A DNA stretch of 64,000 nt from Coraliomargarita sp. (GTDB taxonomy: Bacteria; Verrucomicrobiota; Verrucomicrobiia; Opitutales; Coraliomargaritaceae). The notes under the pieces were generated by a model. That model ran no database searches. It was given only the letters and a program-made list of their open reading frames with translations, and had not been told where the DNA came from. Below are positions 9,721-24,806 of this stretch, in pieces. The stretch covers positions 3,551 through 67,550 of the forward strand of contig CBFHLR010000012.1 of the NCBI GenBank assembly GCA_965656715.1, read 5' to 3'. The position numbers were made by a program, and so were the translations under genes. Position 1 is the stretch's first letter. Every line of letters starts with the position of its first letter.

Positions 9721-10100
9721 TTCTATTGGATACTCACGCCTTTGTATGGCTGGCATCGACGCCTGAGTTGCTGTCTAAGCAGGCACGCTCAGTGATTGAG
9801 ATGCATATGGGTGACCTGGCGCTCTCGATTGTAAGTTCTTGGGAGATCGCGCTGTTGGTTAAAAAGGAGCGATTGGCGCTGCCAGTTTCGGTGGAAGATT
9901 TTATAGAGCGTGCCTTAGAGCGGCATGCCGTGGAAGAACTGCCCTTGTCGCGTTCGGTAATCTTGGACGCGGTGAATCTTGAGCCGATTCACAATGATCC
10001 TTTTGACCGGATCTTAATTGCTGAAGCCAATCATCGCGGCTGTGCTTTGATTACTAAGGATCGTTGGATCCCGCAGTATCGGGTGAAGACTGTTTGGTAG
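9717..10100 (+). CDS. vapC: Type II toxin, PIN-domain ribonuclease VapC
   Basis: ILLDTHAFVWL... (first conserved PIN Asp) and a C-terminal ...DPFDRILIAEA... are present. GTG 9717 gives a GTGA overlap with the antitoxin stop. The tracked ORF starts at 9699 in the same frame. Confidence 0.85.
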   Translation: MILLDTHAFVWLASTPELLSKQARSVIEMHMGDLALSIVSSWEIALLVKKERLALPVSVEDFIERALERHAVEELPLSRSVILDAVNLEPIHNDPFDRILIAEANHRGCALITKDRWIPQYRVKTVW

Positions 10101-10103
10101 TCT

Positions 10104-10173
10104 GGAGGGCAACGCTCTGTCGTTGCCATTGGAGTGGCTTTAGCCTTGTGGCAATGACGGAGCATTGCCCTCC
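10104..10173. repeat. Palindromic double-hairpin element (family A): GGAGGGCAACGCTCTGTCGTTGCC ... GGCAATGACGGAGCATTGCCCTCC
   Basis: Each arm is itself a GGCAACG/CGTTGCC hairpin. The same element occurs at 43214-43294, and a single arm occurs at 31814-31837. This copy starts 4 nt after the vapC stop. Confidence 0.8.
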
Positions 10174-10217
10174 ATGTTGATCTGTGAACACAGGCTGGAA
10201 GCCTGAGCTACATTACT

Positions 10218-10245
10218 AAAAAAGCCGCATCGTTTCCGATGCGGC
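10218..10245 (-). terminator. Rho-independent terminator of gltD
   Basis: An A6 run on the + strand, then GCCGCATCG / CGATGCGGC, a 9-bp stem with a TTTC loop. On the minus strand this reads as hairpin plus U-run, about 30 nt after the gltD stop. Confidence 0.7.
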
Positions 10246-10276
10246 TTTGAAAGGATGATAGTAATCCGTAGGAGTC

Positions 10277-11764
10277 CTACGGAAGTTTTGTGGTTCCCAT
10301 GAGGAACTTGTCGCACTCGCGGGCGACTGCGCGACCTTCGTTGATCGCCCAGACGATGAGGGACTGACCGCGGCGGACGTCACCAGCTGCGAAGACCTTG
10401 TCGACGCTGGTCTTGAACTTGCCGTATTCGGCTTGGATGTTGGAACGACCGTCTTGTTCGAGGCCAAGCTCGTCGACGATGGTGTTCTCGGGGCCGAGGA
10501 AGCCCATTGCCAGAAGCACGAGCTCTGCTTCGAGGACGCGATCGCTGCCTTCAACCTTCTTTGGCATGAAGCGGCCGTTTTCGCTAACCCACTCGATATC
10601 GTGCACGTGGACCGCCTTTACGTTGCCGTTCTCGTCGCCTTCAAACTTGCTGGAGCTGACCAGATACTGGCGTGGGTCTTCACCTTGAACAGCTGCTGCC
10701 TCTTCCTGACCGTAGTCAACCTTGTAGGTCTTTGGCCATTGTGGCCATGGGTTGTTAGCTGCACGTTCTTCCGGTGGCTTCGGCATGATCTCGAGCTGTG
10801 TGACGCTCTTACAACCGTGGCGTAGGGAGGTGCCGACACAGTCTGTGCCAGTGTCACCACCGCCGATGATCACGACGTTCTTGCCCTTGGCGAGTTCGGT
10901 GAACTCCTTGGACTTGCCTTCACGCACATCCCAAAGCTCTTGGGTGTTTGGCGTGAGGAACTCCATTGCGAAGCGGATGTTGTTGAATTCACGGCCTTCG
11001 ATTGGAAGGTCGCGTGGCTTGGTTGCACCGCAGCAAAGGATCACTGCGTCGTTGTCGTTGAGAAGATCCTTGGAGGAGAGGTCCTTGCCGATTTCGGTGC
11101 CAGTGACGAAGGTCACGCCTTCTTCACGCATGAGGTCCACGCGGCGATTTACGATCTCCTTCTGGAGCTTCATGTTTGGAATACCATACATGAGGAGGCC
11201 GCCGATACGGTCCGCACGCTCATAAACGGTGACCGTGTGGCCCGCTTGGTTGAGCTGATCCGCTGCGGAGAGACCTGCAGGGCCAGAACCAACGACTGCA
11301 ACCTTCTTACCAGTGCGCTCTTCAGGAGTCTTTGGAGTGACCCAGCCTTCAGCCCATGCCTTATCGATGATAGACTGCTCGATGTTCTTAATCGTGACCG
11401 GTGGCTCGATGACACCAAGCACACAGGAGCCTTCACAAGGAGCCGGGCAAACGCGGCCGGTGAACTCCGGGAAGTTGTTGGTCTTGGAGAGGCGCAGATA
11501 CGCGTCGTGCCACTTGTTTTGATAAACGAGGTCGTTGAACTCCGGGATCAGATTGTTGATCGGGCAACCACTCGCCATGTTCGCGAGTGTCATGCCAGTG
11601 TGACAGTAAGGTGTCCCGCAGTCCATGCAGCGAGCGCCTTGAGTCTGAACCTTTTCGAAGTCCGGATCGACGTGTGTTTCTTCCCAGTCCTTCAGGCGTT
11701 CGATTGGATCGCGGTCCGCGATTGGTGCGCGCTCGAATTCTTTAAATCCAGTTGCTTTTCCCAT
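10277..11764 (-). CDS. gltD: Glutamate synthase small subunit (NADPH)
   Basis: 495-aa ORF with an N-terminal Fe-S cysteine cluster region (CMDCGTPYC...) and two Rossmann motifs ([27 protein letters not shown]). Confidence 0.95.
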   Translation of the reverse strand: MGKATGFKEFERAPIADRDPIERLKDWEETHVDPDFEKVQTQGARCMDCGTPYCHTGMTLANMASGCPINNLIPEFNDLVYQNKWHDAYLRLSKTNNFPEFTGRVCPAPCEGSCVLGVIEPPVTIKNIEQSIIDKAWAEGWVTPKTPEERTGKKVAVVGSGPAGLSAADQLNQAGHTVTVYERADRIGGLLMYGIPNMKLQKEIVNRRVDLMREEGVTFVTGTEIGKDLSSKDLLNDNDAVILCCGATKPRDLPIEGREFNNIRFAMEFLTPNTQELWDVREGKSKEFTELAKGKNVVIIGGGDTGTDCVGTSLRHGCKSVTQLEIMPKPPEERAANNPWPQWPKTYKVDYGQEEAAAVQGEDPRQYLVSSSKFEGDENGNVKAVHVHDIEWVSENGRFMPKKVEGSDRVLEAELVLLAMGFLGPENTIVDELGLEQDGRSNIQAEYGKFKTSVDKVFAAGDVRRGQSLIVWAINEGRAVARECDKFLMGTTKLP

Positions 11765-11862
11765 ATTTTTTTAGGTTTGAAAGTATAAATGTGTGAATGT
11801 GGGAAGGTTACTGTGGTCGGTGACGTTCTCACTTTCCCACCTTCGAACCTTCATACCTGTTT

Positions 11863-16512
<4,650 letters not shown>

Positions 16513-16706
16513 ATCTAATCTGTAAAATGAACGGTTGTGGATGTGCGTTTCCGCCAATCGTTTATGCGGTCGGGCAAGGTTTTTGCCCTATGTCTGAAGT
16601 CAAAAAGAACGAGCAAGGTAGTAACTCAGGGGGGGCTGTCTAGAGAAAATGTGCAAACTGCTCATGTTCTTTGCTCTAGACTGCTCCGTGACTGTGCTCG
16701 GGAGCC

Positions 16707-16733
16707 AAAAAAACCGGGCAATGCCCGGTTTTT
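16707..16733. terminator. Bidirectional hairpin terminator (A7-CCGGGCA-A-TGCCCGG-T5)
   Basis: Perfect 7-bp GC-rich stem flanked by an A-run and a T-run. It lies about 25 nt downstream of the glutaredoxin-like gene stop on the minus strand. Confidence 0.7.
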
Positions 16734-16756
16734 GTAAAAATCGATGGGCGAGGGAT

Positions 16757-17092
16757 TTAAAAGAAGCGGATGGTTTTCGAACGCATCGCTTCGTGCTCCT
16801 CGTCGGTGCAAGGGGCGTTGGTCGGTGCTTCCGCCTCTTTGTTGTTGGCCTCGATCAGACCTTTGCTGAGCATCCAGTTTTCGACCTCTTCGCCGCTGAC
16901 GTCAGCGAGCATGTGGCCGTCGATCTCAACGCATGGGGAAAGTGGTTGGCCTGATTTTTCGACCATCTCTGCGTATTGGTCGGGCTTATTGATGATGTCA
17001 CGGTCTTCGTATTCGAGCCCGTATTTATTCATAATAGCACGAACGCCCATGCTCCAGCCGCAGGTAGGTTTTAGGTATGCGATAATCTTCAT
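16757..17092 (-). CDS. Glutaredoxin-like / thioredoxin-fold protein
   Basis: 111-aa ORF. MKIIAYLKPTCGWSMGVR... carries a CxxS-type motif at the start of a Grx-like fold, followed by ...PCVEIDG... Confidence 0.6.
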   Translation of the reverse strand: MKIIAYLKPTCGWSMGVRAIMNKYGLEYEDRDIINKPDQYAEMVEKSGQPLSPCVEIDGHMLADVSGEEVENWMLSKGLIEANNKEAEAPTNAPCTDEEHEAMRSKTIRFF

Positions 17093-17185
17093 AATCGCTT
17101 AAGTGGTGCTTATTTTTAGCGATGTCAATACACTGAACCACTGAATCTGAAGGTTCTTTTGAGGCATTTGCACCCCTCCAGAGGC

Positions 17186-17677
17186 TTATAAGGAGGGGGT
17201 ATAGCTGAGTGATTCATCGCTAGCCTCGATAGGGCGTGCGCATACAATTTTCCAATGACCATTGCTATTGCGACCCACTGTGAAGAGGCTGGTTAAGCCA
17301 TCTTCCTGCTCGTAGGTGACGCGCATGCGGTAGGCTGGCGGCAGACTGGGGCCGTAGGTGATATTGTCGTGGACAAAGCTGATGGACTCTTCGGGGGCGC
17401 CGGTGAGTGGTTCAAATTCAATGCTGCGTATGGGGATCCCGAGTTCGAAATTGAGTGCGCCTTTCAGGCGAGTCAGTGTTTTGGGGCAGACGCCATCCAA
17501 ATGGTAGAGCGCTAGCATCGGCTCGATTGATTCAGATTGATTGGCTTGATGGAAAGCATCGGACAGGGCTTGTAACTCGTCGTTTGTGCTGGGTTTATTG
17601 CATGCGCCCAGAGCAACTGCGGCGGCGATCAGGCTGCACATAATCCAGTGCTGGGTGCTTTTGAGCGAATCCATCAT
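17186..17677 (-). CDS. Hypothetical lipoprotein
   Basis: 163-aa ORF. The hydrophobic N-terminus ends in LGAC (lipobox-like). No recognisable domain. Confidence 0.5.
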   Translation of the reverse strand: MMDSLKSTQHWIMCSLIAAAVALGACNKPSTNDELQALSDAFHQANQSESIEPMLALYHLDGVCPKTLTRLKGALNFELGIPIRSIEFEPLTGAPEESISFVHDNITYGPSLPPAYRMRVTYEQEDGLTSLFTVGRNSNGHWKIVCARPIEASDESLSYTPSL

Positions 17678-17734
17678 CCTTATAACTGACAGCGAATGAT
17701 CCGCAGGGGTTCCGTATAGTTCAAACTCCCTATG

Positions 17735-18334
17735 CTAGAGTAGTTTGGACTGCTCTTCTTCGGACTCGTCTTTGCTGTCGTCTGCCTCTGCGACTTCAAG
17801 CTCTTTAGGCTCTGTTTCGCCTCCGAGTGCAAGTGCGGGTTCAGTTGCAACGCTGCTACTGCGATCGATTTTGCCGCTTTTAAAGCCAGTGGCGATGATG
17901 TCGATGCGCCCAAGATCTTCGATGCCGAGGTTGTCGGTCAATGCGTTGCGCAGGTGGGTTTGCAGTGTTTGCTCGATACTGCGGAGTTGGCCGCCGCTGG
18001 CGAGTTTGATGCGCACTTCGAAGTGCACGGTGCTGCCTTTGACTTTGATCTTAACGCTCGGCTTGGAAACTTCTTTCAGTTGGGAGCAGGAAGTCTGCAC
18101 CAACTCGATGATCGCTGCGCGGCTGACCATGACGCGGCCGCTGTCGGTGGCGTAGGCCATGACGCTTTTCGGCTGACGGCGCACTAGCAGGATCGCCCAG
18201 AGCAGCAGGATGAGAACACTAATGCCGATTGCCAGATATCCTTCAGGGGATTGGAGGAACTCTTGAATCTGTGTGATAATTGCGTCCATACGCCTGCGCT
18301 GATTGATATAGTGCGGAGCGTTGCCGCTCCGCAC
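17735..18334 (-). CDS. AmaP-like membrane anchor protein (alkaline shock response family candidate)
   Basis: 199-aa ORF directly downstream of the Asp23-family gene. It has one N-terminal TM helix and then a ...[12 protein letters not shown]...[16 protein letters not shown] pattern, with an acidic tail. Confidence 0.45.
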   Translation of the reverse strand: MRSGNAPHYINQRRRMDAIITQIQEFLQSPEGYLAIGISVLILLLWAILLVRRQPKSVMAYATDSGRVMVSRAAIIELVQTSCSQLKEVSKPSVKIKVKGSTVHFEVRIKLASGGQLRSIEQTLQTHLRNALTDNLGIEDLGRIDIIATGFKSGKIDRSSSVATEPALALGGETEPKELEVAEADDSKDESEEEQSKLL

Positions 18335-18357
18335 TATATTGAAATGAATTGGATTGT

Positions 18358-18801
18358 TTAGTCAGTGTGACCTTCGTCCCACTCGTTTTCGGGGGCCTTC
18401 TCCTCTTCGCTGGTGCGAACACCGTCGATGATGACGTTGACGCGTGAAACTGTCTTGCTGGTCATTTTTTCGACTTGTTCGGCGATGCGCTGTTGGATCT
18501 GGCCGGCAACCGCAGCGAGCTCGCAACCAAAGCGTAGAATGACGCGCACTTCGATGCGGTAATCACCGACTTCGTCCTCGTCGACGCGCACGCCGCGCTC
18601 GTCGCCCTTGGATTTGAAGATTTCGGCGATGCCATCTACGAATCCGCCGCCGACAGCTGCAACACCGGAAACTTCCAGCGCTGCGAGGCGCACGATGCTG
18701 GCGACCACGCTATGGTTGATGCGGATGTCGCCGAGTGTGTTAGAGGCCTCGGAGACGGTTGGGATGGTTGTTTCCTTGTTGTTTTCGGATTCCTGGCTCA
18801 T
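18358..18801 (-). CDS. Asp23/Gls24 family envelope stress protein
   Basis: [28 protein letters not shown]... is the typical Asp23 N-terminal signature. Confidence 0.8.
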   Translation of the reverse strand: MSQESENNKETTIPTVSEASNTLGDIRINHSVVASIVRLAALEVSGVAAVGGGFVDGIAEIFKSKGDERGVRVDEDEVGDYRIEVRVILRFGCELAAVAGQIQQRIAEQVEKMTSKTVSRVNVIIDGVRTSEEEKAPENEWDEGHTD

Positions 18802-18825
18802 TTCGCTGTGTTTTTGGTTCAGAGA

Positions 18826-20190
<1,365 letters not shown>

Positions 20191-20195
20191 CCAGA

Positions 20196-20672
20196 CTAGG
20201 CTGTTTTAACTTTGAAGAGCGGTTGGCCGTATTCGATGGCGTCGCCGTTTTCGACCAGAACTTCAGTGATGGTGCCGCTGAGTTCCGCTTGGATCTCGTT
20301 CATGACCTTCATCGCTTCGATGATGCACACGATGGAGTCGGCTTTGACCTTGGAGCCGACTTCGGCGAAGACCGGGCTCTCTGGGGACGGCGCGCTGTAG
20401 AATGTGCCAACCATCGGCGACTTGATGATGGAGATACCTTTTTCTTCCACCGGTGCAGCTGGAGTGGCGGCGCCTGCTGGAACAGCGGCGGCAGGTGCTG
20501 GGGCTGCGGCTACCGGAGCAGCAGCGACAGGAGCGGTTTGAATGATTTGCGGCGCGACCTCTTCGCCCTTGCGGCTGAGGTGCAGCTTGAAGCCCTCTTT
20601 CTCAAGGTCGAACTCAGTGAGCTCGGCGCGTTTCATCAGATCGATTACCTGCTTGATATCTTTTAGGTCCAA
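20196..20672 (-). CDS. accB: Biotin carboxyl carrier protein
   Basis: 158-aa ORF with an Ala/Pro-rich linker and the biotinylation motif EAMKVMNEI. Confidence 0.93.
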   Translation of the reverse strand: MDLKDIKQVIDLMKRAELTEFDLEKEGFKLHLSRKGEEVAPQIIQTAPVAAAPVAAAPAPAAAVPAGAATPAAPVEEKGISIIKSPMVGTFYSAPSPESPVFAEVGSKVKADSIVCIIEAMKVMNEIQAELSGTITEVLVENGDAIEYGQPLFKVKTA

Positions 20673-21081
20673 GGTGTTTCCTTTCTTAAGGTCTGGTTGG
20701 TTTTATAGAAGGTTAACGCGATTTCGCGTGGATAACTCAAACGTATTCCATTCAAGTTTTGTGACATCTAAGTGAAGCTTTTCGCGGTGTGCAATGCCTT
20801 TTGTGTAAATCCTGAGGGGTCTTTGGGGGTGAAAAGTAGAGCGTAGATTTCAGTTTTTTGGCGTCATTATAGTGGTATGCCGCGCGGGCGCACTAGTTCA
20901 ATTATGCGGGAAACAGCTGGAAGGTCCAGTTGAAGTCGCAAATGCGCGCACGTGTGAAAGCCTACTTATGGGAGTCGCTGAAGTATTCAATTTCTAGATA
21001 CAGATCTAGCCAAAGTCGCTGCCGCTGATTTTTCGAGGGCGGCATCTTTACCTAGGGGACTACTCGAGTTTTTGTCGGCCT

Positions 21082-21771
21082 TTAGATTGGAGCTTTTTGC
21101 TCCATGCCTAGGGATTTCATGGCGTCTAGGACTTTGCTGGTGCCTGCTTGCTGATTTAGTTCGTCCAGTGTTTTATTACTCGAAAAGCGGATGAAGAATT
21201 GTTCTTCGCGGAGTTTGAGGCCGTGGTCCCGGATGTCGGTGAGTGCGCCCCAAATGTTGTGGAGGCTGTGTTGTTTATAGCTGTATGATCGGCCGCCGAC
21301 TAAGTGCCAAAAGTAGACGACTTCGGTATGTCCGTTGATTGAATAGATGCCGTATTCCGCAGGCTCGAAGGCTTGGCTGTTATGTGAAAATGGAATGCTG
21401 TATTCACGCTCGTCACAGCTCCATCCGTTTTTCACCCAACATGTGTCGGGCGTGTGGACGCCAGCCCAGCGATACGAGGCCGTTCCGGGTTTCCAGTATG
21501 CGATATACAGGCGAATGAAGGTGTCACCTTTTGTGTAGCTTCGGACGAGGGCGTCGTCGAAATTTAGGAAATTGCTCACCCGGTTACTCGCTTCCTCGGT
21601 GTTGGCTACATCCATATCTTCGACGCGCCAGCCTGGTAGTTTGTCAGGAAAAATCTGAGTGAGCGGTTCCTCCAGAGTCGGCTCAGGTGGGGGCACGACG
21701 GCAAAATAGCCGCGGAGGCCCAGCGCTAGGGCTAGGGCGATTGTGCCAAAAATGAGGAGGAGCTTTTTCAT
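21082..21771 (-). CDS. EpsI-family (exosortase-associated) protein candidate
   Basis: 229-aa ORF with an N-terminal TM helix. LPGW...DDALVRSY....IRLYIAYW and HTPDTCWVKNGW resemble the EpsI/DUF3485 pattern (H-x-P-x-x-C...GW). Confidence 0.5.
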   Translation of the reverse strand: MKKLLLIFGTIALALALGLRGYFAVVPPPEPTLEEPLTQIFPDKLPGWRVEDMDVANTEEASNRVSNFLNFDDALVRSYTKGDTFIRLYIAYWKPGTASYRWAGVHTPDTCWVKNGWSCDEREYSIPFSHNSQAFEPAEYGIYSINGHTEVVYFWHLVGGRSYSYKQHSLHNIWGALTDIRDHGLKLREEQFFIRFSSNKTLDELNQQAGTSKVLDAMKSLGMEQKAPI

Positions 21772-21949
21772 GTCTTCTAGAGTGACTAGAGATTGGTGAG
21801 ATGATTACAAGTCAACAAAAGTGGGGGAGATGTTCCATTTGAAGAAGAGGGGCGAGTCTTAATCGCAATATCATTTTAGAGATTGCAGGGACTTGTGGAC
21901 TGTTTAGATCCGTGGCTGCTTTTCTTAACAAACCTATTTCAATTGCTCT

Positions 21950-23896
21950 ATGCCATCACTGATTGATAAGTCCGGAAATATGGCCTATTTCGGCCAACTC
22001 TCTTGGGCGAATTTTGTCGATTGGCTGATTACGCTGACGCTCTCTGGGATCTTGTTCATCACTGCAGTGGCGCTTGGGGGCGTGCGACCGGAGTCTCAGG
22101 TTTTGATTCTCCCTGCGATCTGCATGCTCATTGTATTGCATGGAGTCTGGTGCTTGGTATCTAAGGAGGCCCCGACGCGATTAAGTCAGGTGCCGTTCGC
22201 TTTTGTGCCGTTATTGATCTGGGCACTGTATCAAGTGTCTCAGAGTCCTGCGTCGTGGAGAGGGGAGCAACAGCTGATTTACCTGTTGGAGGCATTTGTA
22301 TTCTTTGCGGTGATGGCAAATAATGTCCGAACACGTGTGCATGTGTGGGCAGTTTTATTGGCTGGTCTGGTGCCGCTCGGGCTTGGCATGTTCAATGCCT
22401 TTTACCAGTTTTTTCAAAACCCTAAGCGAATTTCTGAGTCATTAACCGAATATACGGTTGAGCTGAGCCCCGCGTATTTAGGGCAAGCGACGGGGACCTT
22501 TGCGGATCCGGAGTCGTTTGTGGTGCTTCTTTTGTTGCTTGGGCCGAGTATACTATTTGCAGGGATCGTGCCCCGATTCCCGATGATCATCCGGATTATG
22601 TGCTGTTATATCGCGGTCATGATCTTCCTTGCGCTGTTGATGGCGCAGGTTTTATGGGCGTTGCCGATTCTGATAGTGAATGCAGTGGTGTTGGCGTGGC
22701 TCACTTCTCGCAAATTCCCTGAGAGACTTAAGCGCTCTGTTCTCGGGGTGTTGCTTGTGGTATCGTTGGTATTAGGCCTAGGCTATACGCATAACACATT
22801 ACGGCTTAATGCGATCGCTGCAATGGAGGAAGACGGTGAAGGCGTTCGCATGGAGCTGTGGGGTGAAGTGCTGAGTTTGGTGGTCGATGATTTCTTGGGA
22901 ACTGGTGCTGGTAGTGCTGAGCTGAGTTTAGAGCAGAGTGCTCGGTTGGTGATGGCAGAGACGCCGGCGTCGCCGTTGAATGATTATATGTTGGTTCTAC
23001 TTGAGCTAGGAGTTCCGGGATTAGTGCTTCTATTGCTGCCACTCGGTGTGGTTTTGTTTTACGCATTCAGGCGTTGGCGTTCTGAGCCCTATCGGGCTCG
23101 ACTTAGTGGACGCAAAGGCTCGATCATGCCGCCGCAGTGTTTCTTTATCTCGATTGCCATTTTGGGCTGTGTTGGCTCCTTATGTTGCGTTATGTTTACG
23201 AGCGTATTAGGATTTCCTGCGCTGTTGTTTTACGTGGCAATGTTTTGGGGCTTGTTGGTGAAAACTTGCTTCAACCGGAGACTTGCGCTCCCTGTGTCGA
23301 GACTCGTGCGCGGCGGTTATTGTATGTTGATGGTGATTGTTGCTACGGTATTTTATCAGACAGGCACGGGTAGACTCAAGGCGCAGGCGATTGAACTTGA
23401 AGCACGTCAGCGCTTGGATCATTTAATTGATGAGCGAGTGCATCTCTCTGGTAATAACGACCTGCTGGATGAAGTGATTGCGATGTATCAAGAGGCAGGT
23501 GTGCTCCATCCTTCGAACGCGGATGTTTGGGTTGGCCTGAGTGCCAGTTATAATCAGTTGTTTTTTCGTAATCCTTCTGCGTTTGAGGAGGCTGGTAAAC
23601 TTGCTGAAGGCGCTGCAAATGAGGCGCTTAAATGGAGCGATGTGTATTGGCGTTCGTGGGCGCAGTTGGGGATTTCACGTGCTCTAAGTGGAGATGCTCA
23701 AGGTGCGGAGGCTGCACTGGTCCGGGCATTAGAGTTGGCCCCTAATTCAAGCAATGCACAGTATTACTGGGCATCTTTTTTAAGCCACGATCCGACGCGT
23801 CTTGATGAGGCAAAACGTGCAGTTGACTTGGCGATTGAGATTAATCCGGACAATGTGGCTGCGATCCGGCTGCGGCAAAAACTCCTAATACTATGA
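21950..23896 (+). CDS. O-antigen ligase-like (Wzy_C) polytopic membrane protein with C-terminal TPR repeats
   Basis: 648-aa ORF with about 10 or more hydrophobic helices. The Wzy_C-like segment is SPLNDYMLVLLELGVPGLVLLLL. The C-terminal ~170 aa are TPR-like (ALELAPNSSNAQYYWASFL...). Confidence 0.7.
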   Translation: MPSLIDKSGNMAYFGQLSWANFVDWLITLTLSGILFITAVALGGVRPESQVLILPAICMLIVLHGVWCLVSKEAPTRLSQVPFAFVPLLIWALYQVSQSPASWRGEQQLIYLLEAFVFFAVMANNVRTRVHVWAVLLAGLVPLGLGMFNAFYQFFQNPKRISESLTEYTVELSPAYLGQATGTFADPESFVVLLLLLGPSILFAGIVPRFPMIIRIMCCYIAVMIFLALLMAQVLWALPILIVNAVVLAWLTSRKFPERLKRSVLGVLLVVSLVLGLGYTHNTLRLNAIAAMEEDGEGVRMELWGEVLSLVVDDFLGTGAGSAELSLEQSARLVMAETPASPLNDYMLVLLELGVPGLVLLLLPLGVVLFYAFRRWRSEPYRARLSGRKGSIMPPQCFFISIAILGCVGSLCCVMFTSVLGFPALLFYVAMFWGLLVKTCFNRRLALPVSRLVRGGYCMLMVIVATVFYQTGTGRLKAQAIELEARQRLDHLIDERVHLSGNNDLLDEVIAMYQEAGVLHPSNADVWVGLSASYNQLFFRNPSAFEEAGKLAEGAANEALKWSDVYWRSWAQLGISRALSGDAQGAEAALVRALELAPNSSNAQYYWASFLSHDPTRLDEAKRAVDLAIEINPDNVAAIRLRQKLLIL

Positions 23897-24759
23897 TGCT
23901 TGGTCGATATGTTCTCTTGTTTATTGTTGCTTGGGTTTCTGTCTCGGCATCGGAACAGTGGATGGATGGTGCGTTTTATTTGCCCACGGAAGTCAACGAT
24001 GCGCGGGTTGAGGAGTTGCGCCAAGGGGGGCAAGTGGTGTCGGCATCGTATCTTGCCGGATTACTTCGAGTGGGAAGCGCGAGGCGTGAAGATGTCTTTC
24101 TCTTGGGATCCAACTATCTGGCGTGTTACTATACGATGCCTGGAGAATTGACTATTGAGCGGTTTGAGCAATTCGGGAGTGACGCGCAGAAGAGTCGCCT
24201 GATATTGCATGTGACGGAGGGGGTTCTTACGGTCGACTCGTCTGCTTTGTCGGCGGATTCTCAGTGTATTGTCGAGACGCCATTGGGGCGCCTAACTGCG
24301 GGCGCAGGGCAATGGACCTTGGCTGTTGCTTATGATAGTCGCACGCGAATCTATAACTTTACCTTAGAGAGTATTGATGTGGATCTTGTATTTAAGACAA
24401 ACCCGGGGGATCGCTTTGTGGTTCAGGCTGGCCAGATGCTTACGGGGGCAGGCGCATCGACCTTGCCCGATTTAGAGATCGCAGATTTGCTGAACAGTGC
24501 TCAAGATCGTGTTCAGATATTGGGGCAGTTGCTGGATGAGGCTAAAACGACAATGTCAGTTGATCAGCTCCGTGCGAAGTTACGCCCCATTGAAAATCGC
24601 ACTTCGGAAAATGTTATCGAGCTTGTGGATCGGGGGATTGATGGGGGTGAAGCGGAGGTGCGCCCGATTGTGATTGAGTATTCTCCCCGCCCTAAGCCGC
24701 TGGTTCCTTTTCGCGGGGTCGTTAAGCCTCCGAGCGAGTATCAGAAGGATCTCTTTTAG
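23893..24759 (+). CDS. Secreted protein, possible FecR-like beta-sandwich
   Basis: 288-aa ORF with a signal peptide (MMLGRYVLLFIVAWVSVSA). An ATGA overlap with the upstream gene implies coupling. IVETPLGRLTAGAGQWTLAV resembles the FecR motif V.TP.....GT.F.V. Confidence 0.45.
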   Translation: MMLGRYVLLFIVAWVSVSASEQWMDGAFYLPTEVNDARVEELRQGGQVVSASYLAGLLRVGSARREDVFLLGSNYLACYYTMPGELTIERFEQFGSDAQKSRLILHVTEGVLTVDSSALSADSQCIVETPLGRLTAGAGQWTLAVAYDSRTRIYNFTLESIDVDLVFKTNPGDRFVVQAGQMLTGAGASTLPDLEIADLLNSAQDRVQILGQLLDEAKTTMSVDQLRAKLRPIENRTSENVIELVDRGIDGGEAEVRPIVIEYSPRPKPLVPFRGVVKPPSEYQKDLF

Positions 24760-24806
24760 GTTGAGGGGGGCTCGTGCTGCAGGCTGCTAAGATTCTTGGC
24801 TTTTGA

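Noticed and set aside
16558-16700. Sigma-54 promoter or NtrC site upstream of gltB
   Set aside because: TGGCGG...-type matches lack the GC at the required -12 spacing. Only an 8-bp inverted repeat (GTCTAGAG...CTCTAGAC, about 16637-16680) was seen, and that alone does not support a call.
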